DNA of 64,000 nucleotides from Eledone cirrhosa (GCA_964016885.1 OZ024753.1:18290001-18354000), one strand, 5' to 3'; shown: positions 24,648-44,568, counted from the first letter of the stretch. The notes: generated by a model from the sequence alone, not told the origin. Translations and numbers: made by a program.

Positions 24648-27600
24648 ATGACGCTCCCCAAATATAACAATATCTGTTTCGACACACGATTTCATATAAA
24701 AAACCTCGCAAAACTAATTCATCGCCGCTACGGCACTAGCTTGTGCCAAGCTGAAAGGTTATTGAAGGACACTGTTTTCTGTTATATAAAAACTACAATA
24801 ACAACAGAACAAATCCGCTTCTTAAAACACTGTGTTTCCTCCAAAACATACACAACAAACATATCAAAACAAGTAAATAATTTATTACTGAACAAAACAC
24901 AAGCCGAACAGCTAAAACACACAATAACAGTTAATATGAAAAGAACAACATACACAAAAGTCAACGCACTCTACAGACAAAAACGCATCAACGGTAAGGA
25001 AATCCGAAATCTCATCACAGCAAACGAGAGAGACAACTTCATGAGCGTCATCCGACGCGAAACGAAATATGCTCAAAACGAATGCTGTAGGCATTTCAAG
25101 AAGAAATTAGAATGGATGAATAAGAAAAAACTACAAGAAAGGAAAATCGAATATTCTCAAAAATACCCAGATAACATCGACAATATCCGTATGAGTGATG
25201 TAAAACTACCGGAAGAATTTACCAATGACCACACAGTAAATATCTATGGGAACACTTTAATCAGTGAACAAGAACAACAAATCCTAAGGTTACCACCAAA
25301 ATTTGCCATCTACAAACAGATTAACCCTATGGAATGCAAAACGGAGCTGGAAAAGTGTTTCACAAAAATACGTTGGAATGCAAAGGTAAACAACAACAAC
25401 AATAATAACGGTAGTAGTAATATAACCAATAACTCTGGGTATAGAAATAACAGCCATAACCATAACAATGGCAGGAAAGTGAGAAATAGTGATAATGGCA
25501 ATAATACTAGCGATAGACGGAACAACAACAACCACAATAATAATAATAGAAACGTTAACCACAGACACAGCAACAGTGACCACAGTAGTAATAACGGTAA
25601 CAATACGAACAACAACAACAATAACCACAGTGGTAATAATGGAAATAGTACATGTAGCAACATCAACAAAAACAAGAAACATAATAATAGTAACAACCAC
25701 AATGGTAGAAATAGCAGTAACAACAACAACAATAACGGTGAAGTAAACAACAATACATCTAGCAATCATAACAATAATAATAATAATGCTAATGATAGAA
25801 ACAACAACAACCACCATGATAACAATAATAGCAACACACACAACTATGACGATAGAAATAACGACAACCCCTTAGAGAAACTATTTTTCAACCCAGCTGA
25901 CAAAATATATAAGATGGGTAATATCTATCCTACGAGGTTACCCTTTAATAAAAGAGTTTGCATACCACAGCAAATAGATGACGAGACGGAGGCACAGTTC
26001 ACCATAGCTAGAAATAAGATTAGACAAGTAGTAGACAGGTACACTATGAGACAGAGCAGACCAGAGGCCCAACAACTTGGGAGAAAACCTGTAGAAGGCT
26101 TGGTTAGCCTCAAGCAGCGCACAGGGGGTGGTGAGGTAGTGTGTCTACCCACAGATAAGTCTGGTAGGATGTCAATAGATAGCATGCCGAACTACATCGA
26201 GGCAATGCAACCCCACATCACCAACACGGGCGAAGTTGCACAACTAACACACGATGGGAGAGAAAAAATCCTCAACGCTCACATGATGATGTGGACTGAC
26301 ATCCTAAAGCCAAGCAGACGCACTGCCAACAACTTCCAGGCGTCTAACAATGGCATACCACACTTGTATGGGCTCCGCAAAGACCACAAGACAGTCGACG
26401 ACCCGACAACAGGACCACCAACAAGACCCGTATGCGGAGCTAATATAGCTAGCAACTACAGGATCTCCTACTTCCTCTCAATGGTTATACGCCCCATAAT
26501 CAAGATGTCCCCAGATGTATGTGAAAGTACAGAGGACCTCCTCAGCAGAATCAGTGAGTGCAACAAAAACAGGAGCCTATCCAACTGCATAATAGGCAGC
26601 ATGGATGTGGTGTCACTGTACCCATCCATTAACATTGATTTTGCTGTGAAAAGATGTGTGGAGATGATCATTGAGAGTGAGGTGGAGTTCTGCGACGTCG
26701 ACACAGACGAACTGGGCCTCCTACTTAGACTTACCTACGACACTGACTACCTAGACAGCCATGACCTTAGATGTTTCTGCCCTAGTAGACCTATAAGAGG
26801 TAGACCCCCCACCATAACCTCAATGGCTAAAAAGACTCCCATAGGAAGGTGGATTGGGTGGACCAAAGCTATACGGACCCCCCAAATCACTGATCAGGTA
26901 AGAAAAATGGTCGCACATGCAATAGGGGCTAGTATCAAAACTACCCTAAAGGGCCACATATTTAAGTTCAATGAGAAAATCTACAACCAAAATGAGGGAG
27001 CAGCCATCGGCGTCAGCATAGCTGGTGATGTTGCCAACCTTTTCATGGTATGGTGGGAAAGGAGACTTAAAGATCTCCTTAATGAAAGCTCCATAGACCT
27101 CATCATGTACTCTCGTTATGTAGACGATATCAATATAGTTATAAGAACACCCCCACTAGAGAGCACTAACAAGTTTGATTTAGAACGTAGCACGATGGAA
27201 AGCATCCAGCAGATAGCTAATTCCATACACCAGAGTATAACTGTAACTATAGAGTTCCCTTCCAAACACCCTAACAATAGACTACCTGTATTAGACACAG
27301 AACTCTGGATTAACACTATAGACGAGAGAGCCCAAATTCTCCACTCACACTATGCTAAACCCATGGCCTCCAAATACCTGATACTCAAAAACTCAGCAAT
27401 GTCCAGTAGTGGTAAGTTTAATATTCTGATCGCAGATTTGGTACGAGTGATGAAGAATGTGTCCAGCATGTGCGATCCAACAGAAATGGAAGGACACATC
27501 ATCCAACACTTCATCAACCGCATGCAGTTCTCTGGCTACAACCAAAGAGACAGAGTCAGAGTATACGAAGGAGCCATGGAAAAGTATAAGACCCTCATAG

Positions 27601-28277
27601 AACTGCACATGAAAGGAATTTGCCCACTATACAGGAGCAAATCATGGAATAGCTTAGATAGGGCTAGACATAAGATAGGGAAGGCCACATCATGATACGA
27701 CAACCAGAGATATCAGAGTGTCATGTTTGTGGACGCCACCCCTGGAGGGAAATTAGCTAACCAGTGTAGAAAGGCCCTGAGAAAGACCCACTTAAAAATA
27801 AAGGTGGTAGAAAAGCCAGGAACCACCATAAAATCCCTGATCAGCAAAACCTACCCTTTTAAGAAAACCCACTGTACCAATAGGAAATGTATCATATGTA
27901 AGGTGAACCCCCGGATAAACTGTAAAACTAGAAACGTAGTCTATAGCATAAGATGTACAGAGGGTACTTGCAGAAACATGACAACAACATACATAGGTGA
28001 GACAGCTCGTAGCATAGGTGAAAGGATAGACCAACACTGGGGGGAACTAAAAGGACGAAAAAACGGGTCAGTACTATACGAACATGCTAGACAACAACAT
28101 GACGGTAACATAGACAACATAGAAATTAGAATAATATCTAAACATAGGAATGACCCAGCAGATAGGCAAATCAGAGAGGCCAGTGAAATAGAAATTAGAA
28201 GACCAAAGCTAAACAGAAAGAATGAGTGGAACAACAACAACACCCAAACAAACAACACTGACCTAAGAGAAGTATAA
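24648..28277 (+). pseudogene. Full-length PLE protein (~1209 aa: N-terminus, Asn-rich tract, RT, Zn-finger linker, GIY-YIG) with one premature TGA at 27693-27695
   Basis: LPPKFA, PTDKSG, YGLRKDHK, RPVC, GSMDVVSLYPSI, GAAIG, RYVDD, LPVLD, CTNRKCIIC, VVYSIRC-x4-C..YIGETAR...H-x4-H..E..LN. Sister copies have TGG at the stop. Confidence 0.92.
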
Positions 28278-28552
28278 ATAAGTAAATAAAATAAAATAAA
28301 ATAAAATAAGATAAATAAATACATACACAAGCACAATAACAACAAGCACATAAACACACACTAGTCACCCAGCAGACACAACACTATACACACTAGTCAC
28401 ACATCACACATAACACTATACACACACGCAAACGCATGCGCAAAGAAGACAAAATAAAATAAGATAAACAAACAAGCAAATAAATAAATAAATATATAGA
28501 CAGACTGAATAAAAAATGGCGTAGACATACAACACAACAGGAGGAGCAATGA

Positions 28553-28609
28553 ATATAACACCACTGACAATGTTGCAGATGTGCAACGAAAGATTTATGT
28601 AAATTATGT
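28553..28609 (+). ncRNA. PLE pseudo-LTR hammerhead motif, mutated core CTGACAA (G8A)
   Basis: Same motif as 56024-56080 with one core substitution. Confidence 0.6.
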
Positions 28610-28883
28610 AAACTATATATATGTGTTTGTGTCTATATTGTATCTGTATTATTTTTGACCGCCGGTCAGTCATTGAGGACCGAGTAAGTTAGATCGCAGA
28701 TATAAAAGACAGCGAGAAGCGAAAACCAACCAAACAGTGAGTGTGTTCTGTTATTAATTCTGGCAATATTACGCAAATATGACGCTCCCCAAATATAACA
28801 ATATCTGTTTCGACACACGATTTCATATAAAAAACCTCGCAAAACTATATATATATTCATATATATATATTCATATATATATA

Positions 28884-29106
<223 letters not shown>

Positions 29107-29126
29107 TATATATATATATATATATA

Positions 29127-29185
<59 letters not shown>

Positions 29186-29197
29186 TTAATATAGATG

Positions 29198-29248
29198 AGA
29201 TTCTACAGGACTAGAACTGTTTCATTCTTTAGAAATCATCAGGAATCT
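29198..29248 (-). ncRNA. Type I hammerhead ribozyme motif with a true stem III
   Basis: Minus strand: agattc-CTGATGA-t-TTC-taaa-GAA-t-GAAA-CAG-ttctagtc-CTG-TA-gaatct. Confidence 0.8.
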
Positions 29249-29669
29249 GGGTATCAAAAAATAAAAATGGTATTTATAGGTCTCTACAAGTGGTTGGAGA
29301 GGGTGGGGAGTGGGATGGGTGTAGGTCATTGGTTGATAGAAAATTCATTAAAAGCTAATTCTACAAAGCTATAGTTTATTTTTATTTATTTATGGTTTTA
29401 GTAACAAGGGCAGACATAATTCTATAAACAGTTTCCGGATGGCATACCATTCCTTGTCATTAAGTTTCTCTTAAGCTAACAGATGTCTATAAGATCAGTA
29501 AGGGGTCAGTCATGGTAGATAGAATTAAAGGAAAGGGAGATTCTTTAAAAGCTAAATTCATTAAGGTTCTACTAAGTGACAAAGGTTTAGAGAATTCTGT
29601 AGACAGATTCAAAATACTGAGTGCATATCTTACAATTATCTTCGAACTTCTCTTAAACTAATCAACTAT

Positions 29670-29848
29670 ATGCCAAAATAGACGTACCGACGAGTTCATC
29701 AAGCGAATTAGATGGAGGGCCTTCTTCCTCGACAACCCTGATGTAGCATCTACCAATGATGAGAAGTTCGGCTTCAAAACGAATAAGACACCGCCCACCA
29801 ACAGCCTACTCCAACCATTTGAAGAAGACCTCTTCAAGATGATCAAGG

Positions 29849-29853
<5 letters not shown>
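29670..29853 (+). pseudogene. N-terminal fragment of a Hydra-like PLE protein
   Basis: Hand translation [20 protein letters not shown]...[27 protein letters not shown] fits the PLE N-terminal pattern F.KR.RW.A.F...GFK...PP....FE.DL. Truncated by (TA)n. Confidence 0.7.
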
Positions 29854-32063
<2,210 letters not shown>

Positions 32064-32151
32064 ATAACTTTGAATAACTTTGAAATGTTTTGGCCAGTAT
32101 TGGCCCAGGCCATGTCTAACTTAATAGCACCACCTGGCGAAGTCTTTCAAT

Positions 32152-35100
32152 TCAGGATTTGGGCACCATGGCCCATTCGAGAAGAGAATTACTGTTTGCG
32201 GAGGCATATCCGGGTGTGGGTGGTTTGTCCGGGATTACTTGGAGGAATTTGTCCAAAGGCTTCTTGAATTTTGTGTGGTCAGTTTCTGTTTTGACGTGTC
32301 CTGGTGTGATGTTGAAGAGAGCAGGGCCGATTGAGGTGAAATAATTGTGCCGTATTGTTGTTATGAGTTGCGATTTAGATTTTTGAATGGGACGGATAGC
32401 ACGGGGCCCAAGCCTTGGGTGTATCTTGAAGGCGATGCCAACATCATTTGGGCAGTGATGCTGGAACATTTTCCACATCATGCAGATAATATAACGCTCA
32501 CGGCGACGTTGGAGTGAGTAAAGTTTCAGGTTTTCTAATCGACCCCAGTAGTCAAGGTCTGACATGCCATCTATCTTTTTCGTGATTGCCCTTTGAGGAG
32601 CTTCAAGTTTCATGATACTTTGTTTCGTGTGGGGAGACCACAGTGGACAACAGTATTCAAGGTGTGGTCGGGCGAAAGTAGAGAAGAGAAGGATAATGGT
32701 GCGGGAATCTCTCGACTGGAAGGTTCTGAGGATCCAGGAACACATTCTGCGGGCCATGTCAACTTTGCTGCTTATATGCGTGGTCCAGCTTATGTTGCTG
32801 ACCACGGTTACTCCCAAGTCTCTGATGTTGTTAGATGCCACGAGAGTTTCCCCGGAGGGAAGGGAGTACGGGAGTTTCAGAGCATCCTCTTTTCCAAAGT
32901 GGATCAGTTCGAATTTGTCTTCGTTCAGTAACATGTTGTTCTTTTCTGCCCATTGGGTAACAGCCAGTAGGTCTGACTGAAGGCTTATCCGGTCATCCAC
33001 GCCATTGATGACCTATTGGAGCTTGGAATCATTAGCGAAAATTTTAATGTTGCTGTGTTTGATGATGTCAGTGATGTCATTAATATAGATGATGAAGAGA
33101 AGTGGGCCCAACACAGTGCCTTGTGGGACCCCACTACTGACTTTGGCTGGGCTTGATTTGACTCCCTCAACTACAACATGTTGGGTTCTGTTTGACAGGA
33201 AGCTCTTGATCCACTGCAGCAGCTTTCCAGTGACACCAATATTGGACAGCTTTCTCAGTAGAATGTTATGATCAACCCTGTCAAAGGCCTTGCTGAAATC
33301 AAGGTAGATAACATCAGTGTTGGAACCCTCTCCCAAGGCTCTCAAAATGTCATCAAAGTGATGCAGTAGCTGCGTCAGGCAATCCCTTCCATTACGGAAT
33401 CCATGCTGGTTGGAGTTCAGCATATTGTTACTCTCAAGGAAGTGGGTCATTCGCGATCTCACCACTCGCTCAAATACTTTAATGATATGAGAGGTGAGTG
33501 AGATTGGACGGTAATTCACGGCAAGGGATTTGTTTCCCTTTTTGAAAACTGGGACAACAGACTGGGATAGAAGGTTTTCTGGCACATATCCAGCATCCAG
33601 TGAGTTCCGCCACAGATTGGCAAGAGGAGATGCAAGTTGGTGTTGACACGCCTTCAAGACACAAGCAGGGAACCTATCGGGACCTACTGCTGAATTATGC
33701 TTGATTTCCTTTATTGCCGCCAAGACATCAGGGGCGCCAAACGTTATGTCCGATAAGGTGTAATGGGGAGTATCATCGCCGATACAGCCCAGATCGGCCA
33801 TATCAGGATTGCTGAAAACAGAGCAGTATTGTTTCTGCAGTATCTCACCCATGGTTTTAGCATTGTCTTGAAGAGTGCCATTTTCATCAATTAGAGGGCC
33901 AACAGTAGAGCAAGTGATTTTGTGTTTTTTTGCAAATGAAAAGAACACTTTGGGATTGAGTTTGATCTTCTCAATGGCCCAGGCCTCTTCAGCTCTTCTC
34001 TGATTGTTGATGAGGGACATTATGTTGTTTTGGAGGTTATGTTTTTTAATCTCTAGTGATGAAATGGCAGTCAAGTTGATGTGTTGCTGCTGACAGTATT
34101 TCAGCTTGTTGATTTTTTTGTTCGTTCTCTTAATTTTTCTGATGAGCGTTTTTCTATTTCTAGGGATTCTGCTCTTAGATTTGTTTATAGTTCTTAATGG
34201 GGTGTGTTTAGCACATATGTTTGTAACAGTGTCCACAAATGTCTGCCAGGACTTTTTGATGTTAGTGGGTGTATGAGTGTGCGTGAAGGACCAGTCGACA
34301 TGTGCAAGATCATGACTGATCGCTTCCCAGTTTGCATTGTGGAAATCCATAGCGTCAAACGGATGGACAGGAGAGATGACATTGGGTTTGTATATTGGAC
34401 GGTGGAATCTCAGATCACAGAGAACCATGTCATGATCAGAGAGTAGAGTTTTCTCCACTGCAATATTGTGGATATTGTCAGTGTGATTGCTGAAAATTAA
34501 GTCTAGGACGTTTTTGTGGCACCTCGTTGGTTCGAGCACCAGTTGGGATAGGAAGAAATCATCCATGAAGTCAAGAAGCGATTCCACAGCTTCCCTGTCA
34601 GAGGTTGAGGCAGAAGAACCTGGTGGCAGGCTGTTTGTGGACCAGTCAACTCCGGGGAGGTTGAAGTCCCCCATCATTAAGATGTTGTCAGGGTGACACT
34701 CTTGGATGAAACACTTTATGCTGTTGAGGCATTCCTTGAAGCATGGTACAGGCGTTTGGGGTGGCCTATAGAGCCCAACTACTAATAGGTTGTTGGTTTG
34801 ACTGAATACAGTGACTGCTTCACAGTATCCATTAGTGAATATGTTCATAGCCTCTGTTGAGAAAGAATTATGGACATAAATGGCAGTTCCGCCCTTTCTT
34901 CTGCCAGCGCGATCAGCACGGATGGCTTTGAAATTTTTCACTTTCACCTCGGCTTCCAAGTGGAGGTTACTGAGATGGGTTTCAGTGAGGACGAAGAAAG
35001 GGATGTGGTTTGGATGGACAACAATCCAGTCCTCCAGGAATTTGATCTTCCATTTTTGAGTATTGGTGGAAGGGCTGATGCCTTGGGCGTTAAGCAAAAA

Positions 35101-35172
35101 TGTAGAGGCGAGAGTGGATGGTTTTAATTGTTTTGGTGTGTTGTTAATTTGTTTGTTTGTTAATGGCAGCAA
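32152..35172 (-). pseudogene. CR1-type ORF2 (APE + RT); in-frame TAG at 33013-33015 and catalytic FADD changed to FAND
   Basis: LLNAQGI, LTETHL, LYRPP, MGDFNLP, LDLIFS, SDH (APE). NYRPISLTS, QHGFR, YLDFSKAFDRVDH, SGVPQGTVLGPLLF (RT). Frame continues after the stop. Confidence 0.92.
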
Positions 35173-36305
35173 TGGGAGTTTGTGCAGTGGGGTGATAGTG
35201 GAGGGTGGTGCTGGGTGATAGCTCGAATGTTTTTTTCCAGTTCTTTTGCCAGATTCATTATGGCTAAAAAAGAGGAAGAAGTTTCCTGTTTAGAAGACTG
35301 TTGGTGACTGTGGTAGTGGTTATTTTTATGTAGGTTATGGTTTTTGTTTTTGCTTTTATTTTTAATTTTATTTTCATTTGTCCGACGGGTCCCCGGGAGA
35401 TGGGTAAAGGGACAATCCCGGTCTAAACACAATCTGTCTCGCAGGGAAAAACGGCAGATTTGTGGATTCCTTGTTTGAGTTATTGGTGGTTGTGTTGGTG
35501 TTAAATTAGAGTATGTATTATGGTGGTGGCTGTTTGTGGGGATAGATCGTTTTGTCCTAGGTAAATGGGTGAATTTGCAGCCACTATCCGTACATATTCT
35601 ATAGCGTGGAGAGTAGCGGCAAATGATGGGGTTTCGAGTGGGTGGGTATGTGGGTGTGTGTGTTGTGAGAGGTGTAGATGATGGTTTGGGTAGGATTTGA
35701 CGACCTTTGTGGACTGTGGGAGGGAGAGTTCTTGTTCTGGTATTAGAAGGTAAATTCCTTGACATAGCAGTAGACAAAAATGTTGTAGTAGTAGTAGTAG
35801 TAGTAGGCAGAGATGTTGGCAGTGGTGATGATTGGACTGCTGGGCCAGAGAAAGGATGTGGCGTTTCATGCTGTGAGACAGAGGCTACTGGGGGGTCAAT
35901 AGTTTCATTTAGTAGATCGGCCATTGTTGATGAATCAAGGAGTGGTTCACACTGTTGTTGTCGTTGTTGTTGTTGTTGTTGCTGTTGTTGTTGTAGCTGT
36001 TGTTGTTGTTGCTGTTGTAGCTGCTGTTGTTGTTGTTGCTGCTGCTGGACAGCACTCGAAGAGAAAACACACCGTAGTTTATCCAAATGTTTATTGATTA
36101 ATTTAAAAGCAATTTCGATTTGCTTTAATTTATTTTGAATCTGTTGTTCAGATCGAGTTTTCAAAAATTGAACTGTACGTTTAGCAATGTCGTTCAGAGA
36201 TGAAGCATGTATGTGTCCTGTTTAGGAAAGGCAATTCCATGTGTTTATTAGAATGTCGATTTCATTATCAGACCAGTTCTGTTTGGATTTTTGCTGGTTA
36301 GCCAT
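35160..36305 (-). pseudogene. LINE ORF1: Myb/SANT-like N-terminus, polyQ, two CCCH zinc fingers; in-frame TAA at 36222-36224
   Basis: From ATG 36305: MANQQKSKQNWSDNEIDILINTWNCLS*TGH...IAKRTVQFLKTRSEQQIQNKLKQIE. Fingers CRYSPRYRICTDSGCKFTH and CRFSLRDRLCLDRDCPFTH. Confidence 0.75.
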
Positions 36306-36748
36306 TCTAGTTTTGAGTGTGTGTGTGTTTTAGTTAAGTATTTCAATATATATATATATTTTTTTTAATTTATTTTTGATTTATTTTTGTTTTTGTTTTT
36401 CTTGTGTGTGAGTGAGAAGAGTATATATATAAATATGAGTACATATATATATATGTATATTCTGGTTATTTGAAATTAATTAAGTTAATGAAAAGACGAA
36501 AGTATATAATAATAATTTGTAGTTAAAGGAAAATGTACTCACAAGTTCGAAAACACGTGGTTTCAAATATATAATAATATAGATGTATGTAAATGTATTA
36601 AATGTATTAACCGGTCAATTTTCAAATATATAATAATATAGATGTATGTAAATGTATTAACCGGTCAATTTTTGTTTGTTTGGTTTTGTTTTGTGGTTTT
36701 GTTTTGTGGCTGTGTGACTTGCTGCTTACTCGGGGAGAGAAGTAAAAA

Positions 36749-36784
36749 CACGTCCTTATACTTCAACTGCTCAACTGCTCAACT
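36749..36784 (-). promoter_or_regulatory. Putative internal Inr/DPE promoter at the LINE 5' end
   Basis: agttgagc-agttgagc-agttgaagtataa-GGACGTG: DPE-like GGACGTG ~30 nt from the first AGTT, as in jockey/CR1-group internal promoters. Confidence 0.55.
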
Positions 36785-40530
<3,746 letters not shown>

Positions 40531-40593
40531 TAAAATATTAAAAAAATAATGAATAAAACAATGAAACAGTTCCTTATATTAAACAAAAAAGTT

Positions 40594-40732
40594 CATTATT
40601 TAACGATCGTTTCTAGGACATATATGTGTTAGAATTGGCATGCATATTCAAAAGATCTATGTACAAAATTATACAAACTAGCAAAGAGAATATACATACC
40701 ATCACATATATATGCTGTCTTCAGAAATAATG
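40594..40732 (-). ncRNA. Type I hammerhead motif with a ~105-nt stem II domain
   Basis: Minus strand: cattattt-CTGAAGA-(cagcatatatatgtg...cacatatatgtccta)-GAAA-cgatcg-TT-aaataatg. Confidence 0.75.
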
Positions 40733-41537
40733 AAGTATATTTATTGATAACAACAAAAATTCAATATTACAGGTCTGTTTGGGAACAGATTTTAAATAGA
40801 CCAATGAAATACATAAAAATTCATCAAGAAAATACAGTTAGCTGTGTGTATATATGTAAGTAACTTCGTTCACAGATATGCATAAAAATGTATGTTCACA
40901 TGCATAGGCATGTCGAAAAAGTGTATGTAAATATAAAAATTTAGGGCTAATGTCTCTGTATGTTTATAATCCACAGACAAAATATACATACATATACATA
41001 TATATATATATATACACACATATATACACACATATACATACATTCATACACACACACGCATATATACATAAACACACACATACCTACGAACACACACACA
41101 TATATACACACATACACACACACATACGTATATATTATTATTATAACTATATGGATATTGATGCGCACACATAAACACGGCCACACACACTTACATCTAG
41201 ATGCAGAATTAAAAGGAGGTAAGGGAGTAAGTAATTAAATGAGGGTGTCAGACTCAGCATATTTATAAAAATGTATCTATAAATTTAGAAATAAAAAGAA
41301 ATATAATAAAAGAATTATAATAAAGAAAATATAAAAACATAAAATAACATAAAAGAGAGACATAAAATATACATGCTTATAAACATACGCACATTTACAC
41401 ATTCATACGTTCGATACATACATACGTACATACACACACATACACATACTTAACCTCACGCATATTAACCTGTTTGTATGCATATACATAACACCAAGTA
41501 AAACATATACTCATACATATTAATACACACCGATATA

Positions 41538-41573
<36 letters not shown>

Positions 41574-41791
41574 CATACACACAATACACATATATACATA
41601 TATGTACACACACATACACACATACATACACATACATATATATATATATATACATATATATATACACACATATATATACACACACACACATACATATACG
41701 TATATATACATACACACACATACCCATGTTTATATACACACAACCACACACACACACTCAGACATACATAAATATAGAGACATACATACAA

Positions 41792-41825
<34 letters not shown>

Positions 41826-41913
41826 ATAAATACACACAGTCAGACAATTATGCACATATATACACATACATACACACATCTCTACAAATACATATACATA
41901 CACATACATACAT

Positions 41914-41969
<56 letters not shown>

Positions 41970-42786
41970 TCATACACACTTATTTACAGGCGCACATATG
42001 TATTTTTATACTCACATACAAACACACAAACATACATACATATTTACATACACATACATACATCCACGCTTACAAATACGAATAATTATGGGGGGGGAGA
42101 GGGGGATTAAAATTATTAGTGGGAAATAGTAAATATAGGTTTCAAGGAACATAGAATATTACTCTGCATTTAAATCATAATATGTGTTTACATAGTAGTG
42201 TCAGTATTAGGAAATGGTATTTGTAAGAAAGAAGGCTAAATTTGCATTTAAATATAAGTAGACTATTAATTATAGGTTAATTAATGTAAAAATAGTTAAT
42301 ATGTTAATTTCTAAGGTGTATACTACTTAGGTTTATAATATTTAAAGCGGAATTTTGAAGTTAAACAGTAGTAGAGTATTAATTATAGCTTAACTAAATT
42401 AAAGATATTAACATGATGGTATCAATTTTAGGAAATAAATTTTGTAATAGGGAAAGCCAAATCATGTATTTCATCGGTAGTAGAATATTAATTACAGGTT
42501 AACTAAATTAAAAATTATATATTAATTTCTATAGTATATGTTAATTAGGTTTATAATAACAAATAACGAAACGAAATTAAATTTCGTTTCGTTTGTAACT
42601 CACTTTTGTAGGTTTATAATAATTAAAGCAAAATTTTGTATTTTATCTATAGTAGAATATAATTATAGGTTAACTAAATTAAAATTAATCTATATATTTA
42701 TTTGTAAAGAATATATTAATTAGGTATATATTTAAAAGTTTTTCTCAGTTTATGATTATTCATATATATATATTCATATATATATA

Positions 42787-42862
<76 letters not shown>

Positions 42863-42904
42863 TATATATATATAAATTCATATATATATATATATATGTA
42901 TATA

Positions 42905-42956
<52 letters not shown>

Positions 42957-42986
42957 TATATATATATATATATATATACGTATATA

Positions 42987-43021
<35 letters not shown>

Positions 43022-43040
43022 TCATATATATATATATATA

Positions 43041-43084
<44 letters not shown>

Positions 43085-43187
43085 TTATATATATATATAC
43101 ATATATATTCATATATATATATATATATTCATATATATATATATATATATTCCTATAGTAATAATAATAAAATAATAAATATATATT

Positions 43188-43223
<36 letters not shown>

Positions 43224-43579
43224 TATATATATATATTCCTATATATATATATTCATATATATATATATATTCCTATATATATATATTCATATATATGCAA
43301 AAGTTTTATTTAACATTGTTGGGTTACAACGAGTAAATATTTTATAACTGATATAAAAACACTCAACAGTTTCTGGAGTAGGTTTACGATATTAAACAAA
43401 TAAATATAGTTTCCATTTGTTTAATATCGTATATTCATATATATATATATATATATATTCATATATATATATATATATTCATATATATATATATTCATAT
43501 ATATATATATATATATATATTCATATATATATATATTCATATATATATTCATATATATATTCATATATATATATATATA

Positions 43580-43613
<34 letters not shown>

Positions 43614-43667
43614 TATATATATATATATATTCATATATATACATATATATATATATATATTCATATA

Positions 43668-43721
<54 letters not shown>

Positions 43722-43742
43722 TATATATATATACCAACAATG

Positions 43743-44439
43743 GCAATGCAGTTCGTCTTTGTTGATTTATTATTTAAAACGTTATGGACAAGCTGTAATA
43801 TTATAATTAGTATACTTAATTCTGGCTGAATTTTCTTTTGTAATATAAATACAGATGTGTTGGTATTTGTGTTTCGCCATATGTATTAATTTATACACGG
43901 CTCAGAAATATTTCTTTCTTCGAGCTAATTCCATTGTAAAAGAATTAATAATATAATTTGCTCCTTAGTTTGAGCTGAACGTAGCCTCATATATACGACT
44001 GTTATTTCTAGCAGTACGGTTATGAGGCTAGCTAGAAACTGTGAACCATGTGCGTTACACAGTCTTTTAAATTATTTAGAAGTGAAGCATATCAATTTGT
44101 CCCTGTATGTTTACTGAAGAGGGCATGACTTGATATTACTTACACTTATTATTCTCGAAACATATTTGGATTTTAAAGTTTAAACTTATCTGCGGAACAG
44201 GTTTGATTTTGAAATTTAAATGTGTCTAAACATTTCGCAATGCAGTTCGTCTTTGTTGATTTATTATTTTAAATCGATATGGACAAGCTGTAATATTATA
44301 ATTAGTATACTTAATTCTGGCAAAATTTTCTTTTGCAGCATAAATACAGATGTGTTGGAATCTGTGTTTCACCATATATATTAATTTATACACGGCTCAG
44401 AAATATTTCTTTCTTCGAGCTAATTCCATTGTAAAAGAA
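43743..44439 (+). mobile_element. Terminally redundant unit (~200-bp direct repeats, period ~494) with a degenerate HHR; probable PLE pseudo-LTR derivative
   Basis: 43743-43944 repeats at 44237-44439. CTGAAGA at 44114 and GAAA at 44157. (TA)n on both sides. Confidence 0.55.
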
Positions 44440-44452
44440 GTCATTACACTTA

Positions 44453-44568
<116 letters not shown>

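Larger units (their letters stand above)
22853..28847 (+). mobile_element. Penelope-like element (Naiad-like) in partial tandem: 5'-truncated copy followed by a full-length unit
   Basis: 22853-24717 directly repeats 26975-28847. RT plus C-terminal GIY-YIG. The pseudo-LTR contains an HHR and the ORF start. Ends in (TA)n. Confidence 0.93.
32064..36784 (-). mobile_element. Apparently full-length CR1-group LINE (5' UTR, ORF1, ORF2, short 3' UTR, tandem TTCAAAGTTA tail) in (TA)n
   Basis: Overlapping ORF1/ORF2, APE + RT. CR1-type C-terminus (LEYCCPLWSPH, QRAITKKI, YSLQRRRERY). 3' end ttcaaagttattcaaagttat. Confidence 0.92.

Noticed and set aside
27693-27695. In-frame TGA in the Naiad-like ORF as selenocysteine or programmed read-through
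   Set aside because: The two sister copies have TGG (Trp) here, so it is a copy-specific nonsense mutation at a non-Cys position.
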